Below, piece after piece: positions 61,838 through 64,000 of a stretch of 64,000 bases of DNA. How positions within the stretch are numbered: position 1 is the first letter of the stretch; every line of letters begins with the position of its first letter. A model generated the notes under the pieces. That model saw only the letters and a list, made by a program, of their open reading frames with translations, was not told the DNA's origin and searched no databases. The translations under genes were made by a program, and so were the position numbers. The stretch comes from Thermoplasmata archaeon (GTDB taxonomy: Archaea > Thermoplasmatota > Thermoplasmata > Thermoplasmatales > Thermoplasmataceae): contig JAJYUG010000001.1 of assembly GCA_021792655.1 (NCBI GenBank), positions 13,090 through 77,089 on the forward strand, given 5' to 3'.

Positions 61838-61905
61838 GCGATAGCGACCTCAGAACCCCACATGCTTTAGCTGTGGGAGTATGTCAGGTCCATTATAACA
61901 TTAGG
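61765..61905 (+). ncRNA. Putative TnpB omegaRNA overlapping the tnpB 3' end, guide in the right flank
   Basis: Hairpin TTGTATGCA-GACAGGGA-TGCATGCAA plus right-end hairpin; position matches known IS605 omegaRNA organisation; ends approximate. Confidence 0.7.
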
Positions 61906-61971
61906 ACAATTTTTATAGATAAATATTTAGGAAGCTGGATGCACATTTTTATCTTTGAATTTTATCAGGCA

Positions 61972-62000
61972 TTTCCACTTGGAAAGAAATATATATAATA
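61972..62000 (+). promoter_or_regulatory. Palindrome plus TATA box upstream of the 62017 gene
   Basis: TTTCCA-CT-TGGAAA at 61972-61985, then ATATATATAATA about 25 nt before the ATG. Confidence 0.5.
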
Positions 62001-62016
62001 TAAAAGTTAAGCAATT

Positions 62017-62934
62017 ATGATTGTAGAGGAAATAGATAAAAAACTCGACATGGAGTTATCATTTTCTATGTCCTCAAAGAATCCACTTGCATCGTTCGCA
62101 GAAAAATTCCATATTTTTTCGCTTTCTAACTGGATTTTCAGGAATGCGATGTTTGAATTGTACTACATTATCCCGGTATCCGAAACAGTTACAAACGAAA
62201 TGAGAATGTTTCTGGAAGGCATGGGTGCCAAGAGAAAGGGCGATGTCTGGATAATTCTCAGGGGGACAGAAGCTGCACCACGTATCCCCATCATGAAACA
62301 CCTTATGGAAGTGGAATCTCTAGTATTGAATTACAGTTACCTTGAGGGCAATATGGTTAATTTCAATTTTAGGTTTCACAGTTCTCAAACGGAAAAAGTT
62401 TCAGATGCGATTATGGACCTTACTGAGAATAACGTGGAATTTAGAAATTTGGTCATCACGAAAGGCAACGGGCTGGTTTCGCTGATTAATTTTATAAGTC
62501 GGAAAACACCGCTCTGTTACACTCGGTTTATGGCCGAAGTTTCTCACCCTACTGCCCTTAGTCTGGGAAATGCGGTTGATTTTACCTGGGAAAGAGAGGC
62601 TCGGTTCCAGACAGATAATTCTAGTGTAGGATCGTTATTTTACATGGAAGGGAATCAAACCGATGTTGATCTAAGAGTATTTTCTGAAATATCCAGACAA
62701 GACGGAATTTTTGCCTCCCCCTTAACGTGGCCAATGCTGGATTTTTATTCAAAACTTGCCCTAGAATTTCCGATTCCCGTTATTTCAAGGACTCAAAAAT
62801 TTTCACGTTCAAGCATTTTCCTTGATACGATTCTTCCTGTATCTAATCTTGATGATCATTTGCGAGTAGCAAACAGTACCAGACTGCAGTTTCCCGATGA
62901 AAAGCTAACGCTTTTTGAACTGAAGTACCTGTAA
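62017..62934 (+). CDS. Hypothetical protein, paralog of the convergent neighbour
   Basis: 305-aa ORF; LEGMGAKRKGDVW...ESLVL....L.EG....NFRFHSS....VSDAIM. Confidence 0.75.
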   Translation: MIVEEIDKKLDMELSFSMSSKNPLASFAEKFHIFSLSNWIFRNAMFELYYIIPVSETVTNEMRMFLEGMGAKRKGDVWIILRGTEAAPRIPIMKHLMEVESLVLNYSYLEGNMVNFNFRFHSSQTEKVSDAIMDLTENNVEFRNLVITKGNGLVSLINFISRKTPLCYTRFMAEVSHPTALSLGNAVDFTWEREARFQTDNSSVGSLFYMEGNQTDVDLRVFSEISRQDGIFASPLTWPMLDFYSKLALEFPIPVISRTQKFSRSSIFLDTILPVSNLDDHLRVANSTRLQFPDEKLTLFELKYL

Positions 62935-62944
62935 TATGTCCGCT

Positions 62945-63964
62945 CTACAAATCAGTTCCCTTATCTTCAGTACTTCCTTCATTTGTGTCATTATCACTGA
63001 AATTTTCGCCGGACATAGCAAAAATATCATCGATGGATGCAGTCATCTGAATGCCAAGGTCCCATTCCGGGTACTTTATCCGAGCCTGACCGATTATCTT
63101 CATGTAGTCCGGGACAAAAGTTGAGGGCAGCCATATTCTCCCTGTGACAACATTACCATCATATCTGTGGATGGAATCATTGAAAATGTTCAGTTTCTCT
63201 GCTTCGGAGACCATATATTTAATTACGGGGTTTACTGTGTAAGCTTCGTACAGATGATCTCCCCTTGAAATGGTTACCAGTTCATAGCTATCTGCGTTTT
63301 CAACTTCCTGTGAAAAATGGTAAATATGATGAAGTTTAAAGTCCCCACTGTCGTATTTTCTTATGCGTATCCACGGCTTACTGAACACTATTGTACTCTC
63401 TGAGAAGATGGAGCGTTTTGGTCTCATGGTAAACTCGATTCCTGCAAGAGGAACGAGGGCGGAAATTTCTTTTAGGGTTGCAAGCAACCCTCTCGACTTT
63501 CCAAAATAGTCGATAAAGAATCCTTCACTGGTCTTTATCACACTAAGCAGGGCATCAGATACGCTGCTTGTCAAGTCAGCGTGGAACCTTATCCTCATTC
63601 GCATGAGACCTTCTTTCAGCAATATCATATCAATGGTAACGGACGGCTTGCTCAAGATCAGGTTTATCGCCTCTTTAACAAAGGGCTCATTTATTTCTTC
63701 ACGCACAGACCATAGATCCTTTGTTTTTTTAGCGCCCATCATCGTCAATGATCTTTTCCCCTCACTTGACTTGTCTGCATTAAGAGGAAAATAATAGATA
63801 ACTTCCATTTTCTCCTCGCTGTATAGTAGAAAGCCAATCGCGCTTTCCCCCAATCTTCCTGCTGCTTCCAGTATTTGATCTTTCCACTGAAAACTAAAAT
63901 CGCATTGCATAGTGAGCTTCCTGTCAAGTTCAGATGTAAATTTTATTTTTTTTTCGAAATTCAT
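62945..63964 (-). CDS. Hypothetical protein, paralog of the 62017 gene
   Basis: 339-aa ORF; LTMMGAKKTKDLW...PSVTI....LKEG....RIRFHAD....VSDALL. Confidence 0.75.
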   Translation of the reverse strand: MNFEKKIKFTSELDRKLTMQCDFSFQWKDQILEAAGRLGESAIGFLLYSEEKMEVIYYFPLNADKSSEGKRSLTMMGAKKTKDLWSVREEINEPFVKEAINLILSKPSVTIDMILLKEGLMRMRIRFHADLTSSVSDALLSVIKTSEGFFIDYFGKSRGLLATLKEISALVPLAGIEFTMRPKRSIFSESTIVFSKPWIRIRKYDSGDFKLHHIYHFSQEVENADSYELVTISRGDHLYEAYTVNPVIKYMVSEAEKLNIFNDSIHRYDGNVVTGRIWLPSTFVPDYMKIIGQARIKYPEWDLGIQMTASIDDIFAMSGENFSDNDTNEGSTEDKGTDL

Positions 63965-64000
63965 ATGCGATGTTCGCTCCCCACTGGATGCTGATATTAC

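Larger units (their letters stand above)
60603..61886 (+). mobile_element. IS605-type element lacking its left end
   Basis: tnpA'-tnpB overlap (ATGA); right-end hairpin CCCCACATGCTTTAGCTGTGGGAG followed by TATGTCA. Confidence 0.88.

Overview
Archaeal chromosome segment, most consistent with Thermoplasmatales (inferred from the Trm56-HD fusion, tandem-domain ThyX, FBP aldolase/phosphatase, L10e/L40e and Cdc6). It is mostly housekeeping and metabolic genes. Larger blocks are a surface-glycoprotein/MoxR/DUF58 operon at the left edge, a B-family heme-copper oxidase cluster with a blue-copper protein and a divergent Fe-S membrane protein (32.5-40.9 kb), a DUF835 + KaiC/GvpD-like ATPase pair, and a variable region after a tRNA pair (57.4-64 kb). 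Reading the DNA directly adds features missing from the ORF track: rpl40e, a 53-aa AbrB-like gene and three tRNAs. There are three IS200/IS605 loci. The best candidate for something new is a ~400-nt protein-less element (48741-49141) that keeps a structurally conserved TnpB omegaRNA scaffold and right end, nearly identical to those of the intact but immobilised tnpB at 60.8-61.9 kb, suggesting a trans-acting guide-RNA cassette. Several apparent pseudo-enzymes (AlaX, MoaC, thiolase lacking catalytic residues) also occur. All calls come from motif recognition by eye; no database searches were run.
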